From: a virus
DNA length: 64,000 nucleotides
Virus record (IMG/VR): IMGVR_UViG_3300025083_000016
Coordinates: 1 to 64,000 of that record
Direction: 5' to 3' (one strand)
In this document: positions 41,101 to 50,575 of the stretch, in pieces
Position numbering within the stretch: the first letter of the stretch is position 1
How the letters are laid out: each line of letters starts with the position of its first letter
Notes under the pieces: model-generated
The model's database searches: none
Seen by the model: only the letters and a program-made list of their open reading frames with translations
What the model was told of the DNA's origin: nothing
Position numbers and translations under genes: made by a program

Positions 41101-42956
41101 TAGAAATAGAAGACTTGTTTGATTCTGTTTTTTATAATGCTAATTCTGTTTTTTATAAAATAGGAGTTAATATACTTGAACTTTTATATCTAAACGTAAG
41201 AGACTTTAATCTTTCTTATTTTGAAGAAGAAAAAGAAATAGACACATTTATAGAAAATAATTCTTTTATTTTATCAAAAATAGAATCTTTATTAGAAGTT
41301 TATAGTGACTTACACTTAATAAGATTCGCTAGAAAGCAAAGAAACATTGCAAAAAAATATTATAATGAGACGTTAAGGAAAGATTTTGATTTCAGTTATA
41401 ACTCAGTAATAAATAACAGTGGTCTATCTGTAAATGGTAAAATAATAGATTTTGACAATGAAGAAAGTCTTAATAACGAAGATGAACCTTTTGAAGAAAT
41501 CAGCCAAGAGCTTGAAGCTTTTCTAATGAATGAAACTGCATATAATGTAAATGAGATAAGTTTATCTTCAAGATTTTCAAAAAATGATCATAAAGTTTTT
41601 AACATATTTAAAAGTTTTATGATGTCTGATGTATATCAAGCTTTCAATATTGATATTGTAAATGGCTTTATAAAGTACCAAGATAAACTTCAAATTATGA
41701 CTCGAAAACAACTATCTTTTAGCAAGACTTTAGATAAGATTAGAAATTACTTGGATGATAAATTTGCATTATTTTATTTAGTTGTAGAAAAATATTTTTA
41801 TAATTACATGTTTATAAACTCTTTGAGTAAAAAACTTTTCAATAATTTATATGTTAACAACAAGCTAGAAAACTTTATAAAAGACGGATTTGAAAATACT
41901 GGATTAGACTTTTACGAAAAAGACGAATTTTTCCAAATTCAACAATCTTTAACTGAAAATGATATATTATTGACGGAAAGATTTCCAGATGTCGATAATG
42001 GTGAAGAAGTTATTATAAAAAACTATATAAATTCTAGCTTCTATACTTTTGGAATAAAAGATTTTGAAACAGAAAATATACAGTTTAATAATCTTTTTAA
42101 ATTTACGGTTTATATAGTTGATGTTTTTAATTTAAATCATATCTATCTTCCAAAATCTTATATTTTTAGTCCACTCTTTACTAAAAAAGGAAACCTGCTA
42201 AGTGAAGACTTCTCTAACGTTTTTAATTTTATTGACAAATCTATTGGGTATTTTAATTTAGACGAAAATATTGAAAAAAGACTTGGTTTAGATAACTACG
42301 AAAATTTAATTGATTTAGATGTTCAAGACAATCCTTTTTATGCTGAGTTAATTAAGAAAAAGTTTAACATTGAAAATGACGAGCTAGTACAATTGATTTT
42401 TAATCAAATCATCAGAAGTCACATTATTTCAGAACAAAATGAGATTTTTATAAAAAACATTCACGGGATTCAACATATAGATGATTCTGAAGTTATTAGA
42501 GATAATGATATAATCAAAAGTTTTTATGAAATAGATGATGCAGAATTCTTTAATATTTTTGATATAGAAAAAAGAGAAGTTTTTGACAATAAAGGCATCT
42601 TGTTTTTTCCTGAAATGTTGTCAAGTCAAAAACAGAAAGATACCTTTATATTTTATGAATTAGTTAATAAACTCAGCAAAATAGGCGATTATAAAGAAGT
42701 ATTCTTAAAAGAATATTATGAAACGTTTACAATTTCAGTTAATCCTAAAGATTATTACTATTATGATATTACTGGCCAAACTAGTGCATTTGAATCAGAT
42801 TTTACAAATAATTTTGAAAGTTCTATTTGGGAAGATAGTATGATTAGTTATATAAAGACAAATATAGTTGATTTACCTACTGAGGTTGGTTTGATTAAGA
42901 AGTCAACTCTTAATATCGACAACATTAAAGTTATAATAAAACCAGAGATAATATAA
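38139..42956 (+). CDS. Hypothetical protein (1605 aa)
   Basis: Long ORF with AAGGT RBS; no recognisable motif. Confidence 0.65.
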   Translation: MAFTINLNRLTSQKNKLQEILNTNTVTISNNRENLLEKSLENEGSTQKSLAEILSELSSSLKENTSKVKIERSLPVAQNNSATSEIRKENIVDSYSFSDIIKPLESITVNINPQETKTSGFNLTLEDVTRPNALLDLDATSNANESIESTESVVSPVAFSLEETIDEEDADLSDYVRGEYNTVSNSNINFLYSIENNSSINLDRDTLHNVINYRKEANLKESEILSNKFNLYASSEKNKNSIHSVFIDKFEKYKDFLGYLTNGIDEKTEIVKRNSITFNLRKEIYSNKGIYFNNVLNTLNVKNKKKYKASVFKKDNDITSSDLIIKENAFLIDEIIIKNNLFYLSESFDFAFLEPIKTTSNDILIQSFVNLSRSINTISSNCFSNNYKNENKLYINADIEKNKCVLTEREGFDVFQNLGFKNTNLVPEDLYVFASVIKPYQPETGSFGININTVDFFNKQNELNNSLFNVLNLSGNSSPLEVRINSSLKEINKIFKGSIFELDIIDENSKLILDEPILNLDNILNNPSGVARNFPNNFSLSNLENIHRLYLNFVEFQNQNTKARVYYKDKPISLINSNNFNDFDHDANLDINDLLIKLKLDSVVKSSKKSYLENNNVNIDFLNQIITNINLSTKTNKMISYSKDKKHDFSILNENSKLYDLMFTKDGNTHYSHSDVISNHKVNKQKYRGLDEFKRKNLVINNNRNKIVNEVNNFISYYYPDSNFMSTSFLLYYIMSPTVIPNKLSNLVGNKSPLTNKDETCQSLYFNFYKNNQIDSKTKDTVTKRFLKRVLMNCKKHTASSLHNKPLNNYSYKEINPNKYTKSLLSSTQKYLNDILNSSENLATIRDSVYSLKNIKEVSDICNYKAFTNCNIQDNNSIDLISEEEKRKYSISITGNIHYSLFPSHVLVYPFIITSIAKDQLGFYFDKIEKNEIKMIESDDNISEFIVKKEGSLDITSNTNIIFRIVPKSMFTDTMTERRKISREFPYIEIEDLFDSVFYNANSVFYKIGVNILELLYLNVRDFNLSYFEEEKEIDTFIENNSFILSKIESLLEVYSDLHLIRFARKQRNIAKKYYNETLRKDFDFSYNSVINNSGLSVNGKIIDFDNEESLNNEDEPFEEISQELEAFLMNETAYNVNEISLSSRFSKNDHKVFNIFKSFMMSDVYQAFNIDIVNGFIKYQDKLQIMTRKQLSFSKTLDKIRNYLDDKFALFYLVVEKYFYNYMFINSLSKKLFNNLYVNNKLENFIKDGFENTGLDFYEKDEFFQIQQSLTENDILLTERFPDVDNGEEVIIKNYINSSFYTFGIKDFETENIQFNNLFKFTVYIVDVFNLNHIYLPKSYIFSPLFTKKGNLLSEDFSNVFNFIDKSIGYFNLDENIEKRLGLDNYENLIDLDVQDNPFYAELIKKKFNIENDELVQLIFNQIIRSHIISEQNEIFIKNIHGIQHIDDSEVIRDNDIIKSFYEIDDAEFFNIFDIEKREVFDNKGILFFPEMLSSQKQKDTFIFYELVNKLSKIGDYKEVFLKEYYETFTISVNPKDYYYYDITGQTSAFESDFTNNFESSIWEDSMISYIKTNIVDLPTEVGLIKKSTLNIDNIKVIIKPEII

Positions 42957-42957
42957 A

Positions 42958-44565
42958 ATGACAAATTACAGTTTTTCAAATAACATTGACTTTTCTTTTA
43001 ATGTTAAAAGCAAATTTACTTATAATTTTTATGACAAAAACGAATCATTAGTAAATGACAATGAAATTATAAACAAACTTAATAATCCTCTTAGTTTTAT
43101 TGAACTAGAAATTGATTATTTAACACAATATGACAAAAGAATAGAAAAATACTCATCTTTTTATGATCTTTCCTTAAAAGATTCAATACAGGTTCTCAAT
43201 AATAAAAGTCTTAGGAAAAGTAATCTAAGCCTGTTTAACAAGCTTCATGAAGAAAACGAAAGCTTTATTTCGACATCAAGTGATATTAAGATTGAAAACA
43301 TAGAAGACTACAATAAAAAACTCAATATTTCAAGCTCGGGCTTTGAAAGTGCTATTAGTTTTATCACAGATAACAAAAAAATAGAAATTAATAGAAACAT
43401 ATTAAAAAAGTATAAAGAGACAAACAGAAAAAACATAATTACTTCTAAGAACATACTAAATTCAATAAACAAGTTTGAAAAGTTATTTAGAAAAAGTCAA
43501 TATGAAGATTCTTTTTTCAATTCAATAGAAATTGCAGAAAGTTTTAATCCATTTAAAATAAGTTCAATGTCAGAATTTATAGCTTCTACAGAAATGTTTT
43601 ATTTTAAAAATATTGGTATCATGATAGAAAAATACTTTGTTGAAGAAGATGATATAGAAACTAATTATATAAAAAAAGATACTAAGTTTTTTAATATTGA
43701 GGATGAAAACAATAATAATAAAAAGTCGTTTCTTTTAAGAGATGATTCAGTAAAATATGGAAAAAAATATGTATATGCAGTTTATCCAGTTTATGTTGTT
43801 ACATTGCCTTACAAAAATGATTACTATTTGACAAGCAGTTATATTTTATGCGACTATCCACATGTGACTGAAGAAATTATTTGTAAAGAATTCAAAAGAC
43901 CTGTAAGTCCTTCAAGGATATCATTTAGATATTTTGAAAAAGAAAGATTCTTAGAAATAAATTGGTCAAAACCGCTAGAAGAGCAAGGTGATGTAAAAGG
44001 GTATCAAATATTTAAAAGAAATACGTTAGATGAACCTTATACTTTAATTAAACAGATAGAATTTTTTGATACTGAAAATGATGAGCTTTACGAGAAAAAT
44101 AAAAATGTAAGTTTAGAAATTATTGAAAAAGTTAATTTTGACAAGAATTATTGTAATGATAAAGATTTTCTCTTAAATAAAATACAGATTTATACGATAT
44201 GTTCTATTGATGCTAGAGGATATGTGTCAAATTATAGTATGCAATTAGCAGTATTTTATGATCAGATAAACAAAGAAATCATTATTGATACAGTAAGTAT
44301 TTCTGGTGCTCCTTTACACATGCCTAATTTACTCATACCAAGAAAAACTAAGTTTTTTGAAAATGATGACAAAATTGTAAACAATACACCATACGAAGAA
44401 AATGTTACAAAGTTTACTCTTTACTTAACGCCAGAATGCACTTCAGTTATCTCTGAAGATGGTGCTGACAATAGAGTGCTTTTAAAAGAAAATTATAAGC
44501 TTAATGTACTAAACCTGAATACAGCAGAAAGCTATATTAATAACATAAACATAAAAAATATTTAA
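42958..44565 (+). CDS. Virion protein with FN3/Ig-like domains
   Basis: DDSVKYGKKYVYAV, PVSP...INWSKP...VKGYQIFKR, YTICSIDARGYVSNYS. Confidence 0.65.
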   Translation: MTNYSFSNNIDFSFNVKSKFTYNFYDKNESLVNDNEIINKLNNPLSFIELEIDYLTQYDKRIEKYSSFYDLSLKDSIQVLNNKSLRKSNLSLFNKLHEENESFISTSSDIKIENIEDYNKKLNISSSGFESAISFITDNKKIEINRNILKKYKETNRKNIITSKNILNSINKFEKLFRKSQYEDSFFNSIEIAESFNPFKISSMSEFIASTEMFYFKNIGIMIEKYFVEEDDIETNYIKKDTKFFNIEDENNNNKKSFLLRDDSVKYGKKYVYAVYPVYVVTLPYKNDYYLTSSYILCDYPHVTEEIICKEFKRPVSPSRISFRYFEKERFLEINWSKPLEEQGDVKGYQIFKRNTLDEPYTLIKQIEFFDTENDELYEKNKNVSLEIIEKVNFDKNYCNDKDFLLNKIQIYTICSIDARGYVSNYSMQLAVFYDQINKEIIIDTVSISGAPLHMPNLLIPRKTKFFENDDKIVNNTPYEENVTKFTLYLTPECTSVISEDGADNRVLLKENYKLNVLNLNTAESYINNINIKNI

Positions 44566-44579
44566 TTCTTATCGTGTTG

Positions 44580-44613
44580 ATATTTACCTTTAAGAACAAA
44601 ATGTTATATTTAA
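44580..44613 (+). promoter_or_regulatory. Two putative late promoters (ATATTTAC, ATATTTAA)
   Basis: ATAWTTA at 44580 and 44606 in the 71-nt gap, followed by a GAGGT RBS. Confidence 0.4.
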
Positions 44614-44636
44614 TAAAAAAGTGAGGTATAATTTAG

Positions 44637-45392
44637 ATGGGATTTTTAAATCACGCAACAAACAATATAATTATCGACGCAGTTTTGACTGAACGTGGTA
44701 GAGAGTTATTAGCTAGAAATGATGGTTCTTTTAATATTACAACTTTTGCATTTGGCGATGACGAAGTTGATTATAGTTTAATTAAAAAGTATAGCAGAAC
44801 AATCGGAAAAGAAAAAATCATTAAAAATACTCCTATTTTTGAAGCTAATCCAAATGAAAATATTGCTATAAAACATCCTTTAATATCTTTTCCAAATCCT
44901 CTGTTGAGAATTCAGCAAATGCCTACTTTAGTAAGAGACGACAGTGTAGAAAATGCAAATGTATCACTTTTTGATACAAGAGAGTCAGAAAACTCAGATA
45001 CAGGTGTACTAGCTACATTAAAAATTAAAAATAGTTTAAATGCTACAGATATTACTGCACTTGATCTTAATATTACTGACGGAGCTTTTTATGTTAAGAT
45101 GCATAGAGATCTTCTAAGAATGAGTAATGGCCAGTTTATCGATACAGACTTAAACGGAATCGATACTTATCAAATATCAACTGAAACTTTACGCGCAGGT
45201 CTTAGAGAATGGGATAATCAAAAATTTGCTGATATTTCGATTTTTAGTAATGGTGTTGTTACATCGTCTGCATTTACAAAATATGCAGCAATAGGAAGCA
45301 ATGCAACAGTAATAAACACATCAGTACAAGTTGTAGGTGCATCTTCTGGAGCTTCAATAGTTATTCCATTTACAATTACAAAAAGAAACTAA
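44637..45392 (+). CDS. Baseplate-associated protein (N-half of DUF3751-like domain)
   Basis: DAVLTERGRELLA...ITTFAFGD. Confidence 0.6.
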   Translation: MGFLNHATNNIIIDAVLTERGRELLARNDGSFNITTFAFGDDEVDYSLIKKYSRTIGKEKIIKNTPIFEANPNENIAIKHPLISFPNPLLRIQQMPTLVRDDSVENANVSLFDTRESENSDTGVLATLKIKNSLNATDITALDLNITDGAFYVKMHRDLLRMSNGQFIDTDLNGIDTYQISTETLRAGLREWDNQKFADISIFSNGVVTSSAFTKYAAIGSNATVINTSVQVVGASSGASIVIPFTITKRN

Positions 45393-45408
45393 GAAAGAAT
45401 ATTAAATT

Positions 45409-47052
45409 ATGACAGATATAGTAGGATCATATATTACAATTGAGCAAAGTAATTTAAATACTAGCAAATCTTCAGTGCAACAATTAGTAGATGTTGTTCA
45501 AGTAGATATTGCTAGTGCTAATTCAGAAAATACAAGAAAGTCTTATGAAGTCTTTACAAGCGGTTCAGCTGATACAGCTAATATTACAAGTTCGCTTTTT
45601 CAAACTGTCTATGACCAAGATTTTACTTTAGGCACAGCAAATCCTTTGTTTGATATTTCTATTGGCTCTTTACTTGAAGAAGATTCTAGTGGAAATCTTA
45701 CTGTTAATAGCATAACTTCACCTGCTATTAGTAGAGATGCTGGTGGTAAAATCACAGGATTTAGTAATACAAGCGCAATGATGAGAGAAAAAATAAGCAT
45801 TTATAAGCAATTTGCTCAAAATTTACTTGGTGATTCTAATTCTTCTTTTTTCTTGCCTCACTCAGCAAATAGTGAAGTTGCTCTATTACAAGACGAATCT
45901 AATGCTTTAACTAGAGATAAAAAAATTAGAGCTGCTATTTTTATTTGTTTTAGACGCTTGTTTACTAGAGATAATATTTTTAAAGGTTCTTTTGGATTAA
46001 GGCTTGAAAAAAATGCAGCAAAACTTTTTAGTGATATTACAGTATCATCTTCTAGCCCTTTTAGAACAGCAGGAACAAAAATTACAAACTTAGATGTTGA
46101 GCTTCCTTCTACTGAGACTAGTTTGTTAGTTGTAGATGATAGTCTATCAGTAACAAATTTAACAGTAAGTCCCGTATCAGGAGAAGTTTCAACATTATTA
46201 CAAGGTGATATAAAAGTTGGAAATATTTTTTATGACTTAGGAATAATTGTTCTTGATGCTGAACGTGTTTTGGATGTTGACCAGATTGTTAGAGGATTAA
46301 TAGATTCGACAAGAACTGGTAGCACATCTAATGATACAACTGGACCTTTTGCTGTATATGGCAGAATTGATACTAATGCTGCAGCTTCAACAAACAACTA
46401 CTTTTATCCTGTTTATACAGCAACAAGTGCACAACATAGTTCTGTTCACACTAATTTTCAAGTTGTTGGTAATGATGATGCTGATGGTGTTTTAAAAGAT
46501 TTCTATTATAATGCTAATTCTATACAAGGAGGAGATAATTTTGGTTCTGATAGTTTAACGCAATCAAAACATCCCGCAGATCATCCTTATTGGGCAAATA
46601 TACCATATCCACTATGGTCTAGTAATAGTAATTTGTTTTATTCTGGAAATGCTGTAGAAGAAACTAACGGAAAACTTTTATTTAACAATAAAACTTATCC
46701 AAATTTATGGGTAAGTGGTACAATAGATGATGTTTTAGATCACATTTGTACTACTAGATTTGGCAGAAGTAATTTATCAGCAATTACATTTAGAAATGAA
46801 ACTACTTTAAATTCATCGCTTATTTTCTGTAGAGCAGCTCCTACACAATTAAATTATTCAACTAATCCATCATATACTGATGATGATGGAAATATTATTG
46901 CTACTAGTTCTAACGGAGAGCCTTTTAGTTTTATTACTACAGTAGGACTATATGATAGTGGTGGAAGTTTATTAGCAGTAGCAAAAACTAGTCGCCCAAT
47001 AGAAAAAAATCCTGAAACTGATCTTTCAATTAGAATTAGACTAGATTACTAA
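45409..47052 (+). CDS. Baseplate-associated protein (C-half of DUF3751-like domain at C-terminus)
   Basis: VGNIFYDLGIIVL; NYSTNPSY; FITTVGLYDSGGSLLAVAKTSRPIEK...IRIRLDY. Confidence 0.65.
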   Translation: MTDIVGSYITIEQSNLNTSKSSVQQLVDVVQVDIASANSENTRKSYEVFTSGSADTANITSSLFQTVYDQDFTLGTANPLFDISIGSLLEEDSSGNLTVNSITSPAISRDAGGKITGFSNTSAMMREKISIYKQFAQNLLGDSNSSFFLPHSANSEVALLQDESNALTRDKKIRAAIFICFRRLFTRDNIFKGSFGLRLEKNAAKLFSDITVSSSSPFRTAGTKITNLDVELPSTETSLLVVDDSLSVTNLTVSPVSGEVSTLLQGDIKVGNIFYDLGIIVLDAERVLDVDQIVRGLIDSTRTGSTSNDTTGPFAVYGRIDTNAAASTNNYFYPVYTATSAQHSSVHTNFQVVGNDDADGVLKDFYYNANSIQGGDNFGSDSLTQSKHPADHPYWANIPYPLWSSNSNLFYSGNAVEETNGKLLFNNKTYPNLWVSGTIDDVLDHICTTRFGRSNLSAITFRNETTLNSSLIFCRAAPTQLNYSTNPSYTDDDGNIIATSSNGEPFSFITTVGLYDSGGSLLAVAKTSRPIEKNPETDLSIRIRLDY

Positions 47053-47063
47053 GGTAATATTTT

Positions 47064-49994
47064 ATGACTCTTGTTCCATTAAATTATAAAAATTTTGTTA
47101 AAAATAAAGTAAAAAACACAATAAATGTAAAATATAAAGAGTCAGATCCGACAACGTATGTTTATGATAACTATTTAAACACAAATGCTGTTTTAAATAC
47201 AGAAGAACATGATAATTTAACAACAGAAGAACTTAGTCTTGCAAACAACAATAATAATGCACTGGATAAAATAAGCGACTTTTTTAGCGTTGTAAATAAT
47301 ACTGAAGGCTTTATGGTTACAGAGGCCAAAAATTATTTTGAATTTAAAGATAGTAAATTTAGCAATGTGAATGTTACAAACAATAATTTAAAGTCATTTA
47401 ACTTTAGAAATACACATAAAATTGAAAGAATAGAACAAAAGTTTCTTCCGCAAAATATTGAAATTCAAAAAAAAAATTATGTTAAAAATAGTTTATACAA
47501 AGAATATCAAAAAAATTATTCTTTAGACTATTACAATAATTTAGAATATGGTTTTTGTAACTGGAATTCTATAAACTTCTTTTCTCAAAGATATCAGAAT
47601 AACAAAAATCACTCAAATGCTATAGTTTGGCCTAATCCAAAAACAAAAAATGTTGGAAGCAACGTTTACAACAAAAATACATATGATTTTATAGAAAATA
47701 GCTTTAATTTGTCTCTTTATTTGAATTTGAGAAAAAATTATAATGATTCTTCTAATCCAGAATGTATTTTTCATATTCCAGACTTAATATCTATATACAG
47801 TATAAGAGCATATAATTCAAATACAGATCATAAAATCGGTATATGTATAGGTGAAAACGCAAAGAAAAAACTTGTTAATATTACGAACTACAATTCGAAT
47901 ACTAATAGTTCACAATTATTAGCCAATAACAGCGTCTATGTTTCATCAGAATTAAATATTCTAAATAACAGGTGGTATAACTTAAGTTTGAATTTTAGTA
48001 AAAACGCAAGCAATTCTAGAGGTGTATCACTTTACATTGATGGTGAATTAAAATTTGAAGTAGAAATGACTATTACACAAGATGTAAGTTCTCTAGAAAA
48101 CAGTTATATATCATTAGGAAACAAACCTGATTATAATGTAACTGATTTTAATTATGAACATTGCTTTTATCAAATGTTTGCAAGAATTTTTGACAAAGAT
48201 ATATCATTAGGAAAGAACAATAGTTGGCAAGCTACAGGTAATGAATTAATTGATGTATTAGATCCAAGTTATTACGGTAATATCTCTTACAATGGAAATG
48301 CTTTAACAAATTCAGAATCGTTTCATGGAGAAATACATGATATTAGAATTTATAATGATGTCTTAGAAGAAGAAAAAATTCTTTTTAATTCCAAAAACGT
48401 AATTTTTTCTCTAGAAAATGAAATTAGAGAGTACGCGTTACAATTCTATGTCCCAGTTCATTATATACCTTCTTATACACACAAAAAAGAATCATTTAAT
48501 GCTTCAGCTGGAAAAATAAATCTTCGTTATTCTTGTATATATAATCCTGTTTTTGCAAATACTTGTGGAGGATTAAATGTTTCTGTTGAAAGCTATTTAA
48601 TTGATCTAGTAAATCATACTAAACCAAATGTAATAATCGGTGGTGATGAGACTTTATATGTTTATAACGATAATTTAGTTAATAGTACTTCTCAATTAAT
48701 AGATAATTCTCTTGATGTATTAGATATAAAAAAAGGTGTTTTAGCTCAGTCTATATACAATAAAAATCTTAAAGATGGGACACATCAGAATAGATCTATT
48801 AATTTAGACAGCAATTTATCATATAGGAATTTATTAATACTGCCAAATGATAATGGAATTCAAAATGTAAGATTTGATATCATTAAAGAATTTTTAGAAA
48901 ACTATAATAAGATAAATTATGATCAAAGTCAAGTTAATAATAACAAATTATATAATATTGAAATAGAAAACATATTCAGTAAAGATTATTTAAATAGATC
49001 ATGGAGATCTTTTGATATTAGTTTAGTAAATAATATCCCTGACTTGATTACAAATTCAACAAGTAAAATAATTATAGTTAACGGTGAAGAAGAGACTTTT
49101 GAAAATAGAGTATCTGGAAGAGACTTAGATGCTGATATTTTATTTACAGTAAGTAATATAATATTTCATGATTCTAGACTAACAAATATTGAAGACGCAA
49201 GCACTGAAATTGTTAATAGTGATTCTTTTAATCTATTAAAGAGAAACCATACAAATATATTTAATAAAATTATAGAAAAGTATGATATTACAAAAAGTAA
49301 TCCAGTGCTTAGAGAATATAAACAAGATGTTAATAGTACTGCTATTAATAATACTCATTTAAATACTACAGTTTCTTTAGAATACAAAGAAGAAGATATA
49401 AATTATCTAAAATTACCAATTCCATATTCAGTATTTAATGTAGATTATGATAGTTTATTTACTACTATCTTTGACATTTCTAGTAAATTGTACAATACAA
49501 AGATTAAAAAAAATACATTTTTATTAAAAGATACTGCTTTAGAAACTACAAATAGTAATATAAACATATCTTTAAAAGATAATTCAAAAGGTGGTTTATA
49601 CAGAAATAACTGTTTAACTAAAGTAGCAGAATGGAACTACGTAGGACATGTATTTTATAATGATGGTATCGTTTCACTTAATCGTCCTGAATTGTCCTCT
49701 TATTTTGGTAAAGATGATTTTGAATGTGAATTTGAATCAGACTTTATGTCATATGTTCATGAAATTAATATTCCTGTTAATAAAGGATTATTTGATGTTT
49801 CTTCTAATACTTCTTATAATAAAGATTTAAGGCAAGATGAAAGTGCATTTAACTCTGAAGAGAGTTTTGTTTATATTACAGATATAAACTTACATGATGA
49901 GAATCTAAATATTGTAGCAAGAGCTAGATTAGCTAGACCTGCTCCAAAAAAGAAATCTGATTCCATCCTCTTCAGACTTAAAATGGACTATTAA
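47064..49994 (+). CDS. LamG-containing baseplate-associated protein, C-terminus paralogous to 45409
   Basis: NNRWYNL, LYIDGEL, FHGEIHDIRIYN; VGHVFYNDGIVSL; YITDINLHDENLNIVARARLARPAPK...FRLKMDY. Confidence 0.7.
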   Translation: MTLVPLNYKNFVKNKVKNTINVKYKESDPTTYVYDNYLNTNAVLNTEEHDNLTTEELSLANNNNNALDKISDFFSVVNNTEGFMVTEAKNYFEFKDSKFSNVNVTNNNLKSFNFRNTHKIERIEQKFLPQNIEIQKKNYVKNSLYKEYQKNYSLDYYNNLEYGFCNWNSINFFSQRYQNNKNHSNAIVWPNPKTKNVGSNVYNKNTYDFIENSFNLSLYLNLRKNYNDSSNPECIFHIPDLISIYSIRAYNSNTDHKIGICIGENAKKKLVNITNYNSNTNSSQLLANNSVYVSSELNILNNRWYNLSLNFSKNASNSRGVSLYIDGELKFEVEMTITQDVSSLENSYISLGNKPDYNVTDFNYEHCFYQMFARIFDKDISLGKNNSWQATGNELIDVLDPSYYGNISYNGNALTNSESFHGEIHDIRIYNDVLEEEKILFNSKNVIFSLENEIREYALQFYVPVHYIPSYTHKKESFNASAGKINLRYSCIYNPVFANTCGGLNVSVESYLIDLVNHTKPNVIIGGDETLYVYNDNLVNSTSQLIDNSLDVLDIKKGVLAQSIYNKNLKDGTHQNRSINLDSNLSYRNLLILPNDNGIQNVRFDIIKEFLENYNKINYDQSQVNNNKLYNIEIENIFSKDYLNRSWRSFDISLVNNIPDLITNSTSKIIIVNGEEETFENRVSGRDLDADILFTVSNIIFHDSRLTNIEDASTEIVNSDSFNLLKRNHTNIFNKIIEKYDITKSNPVLREYKQDVNSTAINNTHLNTTVSLEYKEEDINYLKLPIPYSVFNVDYDSLFTTIFDISSKLYNTKIKKNTFLLKDTALETTNSNINISLKDNSKGGLYRNNCLTKVAEWNYVGHVFYNDGIVSLNRPELSSYFGKDDFECEFESDFMSYVHEINIPVNKGLFDVSSNTSYNKDLRQDESAFNSEESFVYITDINLHDENLNIVARARLARPAPKKKSDSILFRLKMDY

Positions 49995-50575
49995 TGGTAA
50001 AACAACAAGAATATAGTGTAGGACTTGACATATCAACTTCAATCATTGGAATGTCTCTCTTTTTAGATAATAAACTAGTTAAGTTAATGCATGTCGATTT
50101 GACAAAGACGAAATGTATGTTTGACAAAGCAAGTAAGTTTGAAGAAGAGTTTGAGCAAAAGATATTAAATGATGTATCTACAGACAAAAGTCTAGATATC
50201 AAACACATCTATATAGAAGATACACTACAAAGCTTTAGTAGAGGACTCTCTTCAGCAAGAACATTAATGCAATTATCAAGATTCAACGGGATTGTTTCAA
50301 ATATAGCCTTTAGAATCACGAGGATTAAACCTGTTTTTATAAATGTTAACACGGCTAGGAAAACATTGGGAATAAAAATAGATAAAAACAGCAGCATAGA
50401 TAAAAAAGAACAGGTGATGGCTTGGGTTGGTTTAGATTTAGGCGGATATGACTGGCCTACAAAAATTATTTCACGAGGGCCTAATAAAGGTCGTGTAAAA
50501 TATGAAAAATATTGTTATGATATAGCAGACGCATATGTAATTTGTAAAGCTGGTATCATAATAAAAAATGAATAA
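49994..50575 (+). CDS. ruvC: RuvC-like Holliday junction resolvase
   Basis: VGLDISTSIIG, IYIED, DIADAY catalytic acidic motifs. Confidence 0.8.
   Translation: MVKQQEYSVGLDISTSIIGMSLFLDNKLVKLMHVDLTKTKCMFDKASKFEEEFEQKILNDVSTDKSLDIKHIYIEDTLQSFSRGLSSARTLMQLSRFNGIVSNIAFRITRIKPVFINVNTARKTLGIKIDKNSSIDKKEQVMAWVGLDLGGYDWPTKIISRGPNKGRVKYEKYCYDIADAYVICKAGIIIKNE

Noticed and set aside
41122-48213. Short in-gene direct repeats (ATTCTGTTTTTTATAA at 41122/41143; ATATCATTAGGAAA near 48108/48200)
   Set aside because: Two-copy, 14-16 bp repeats in AT-rich coding DNA; best explained by small local duplications or chance.
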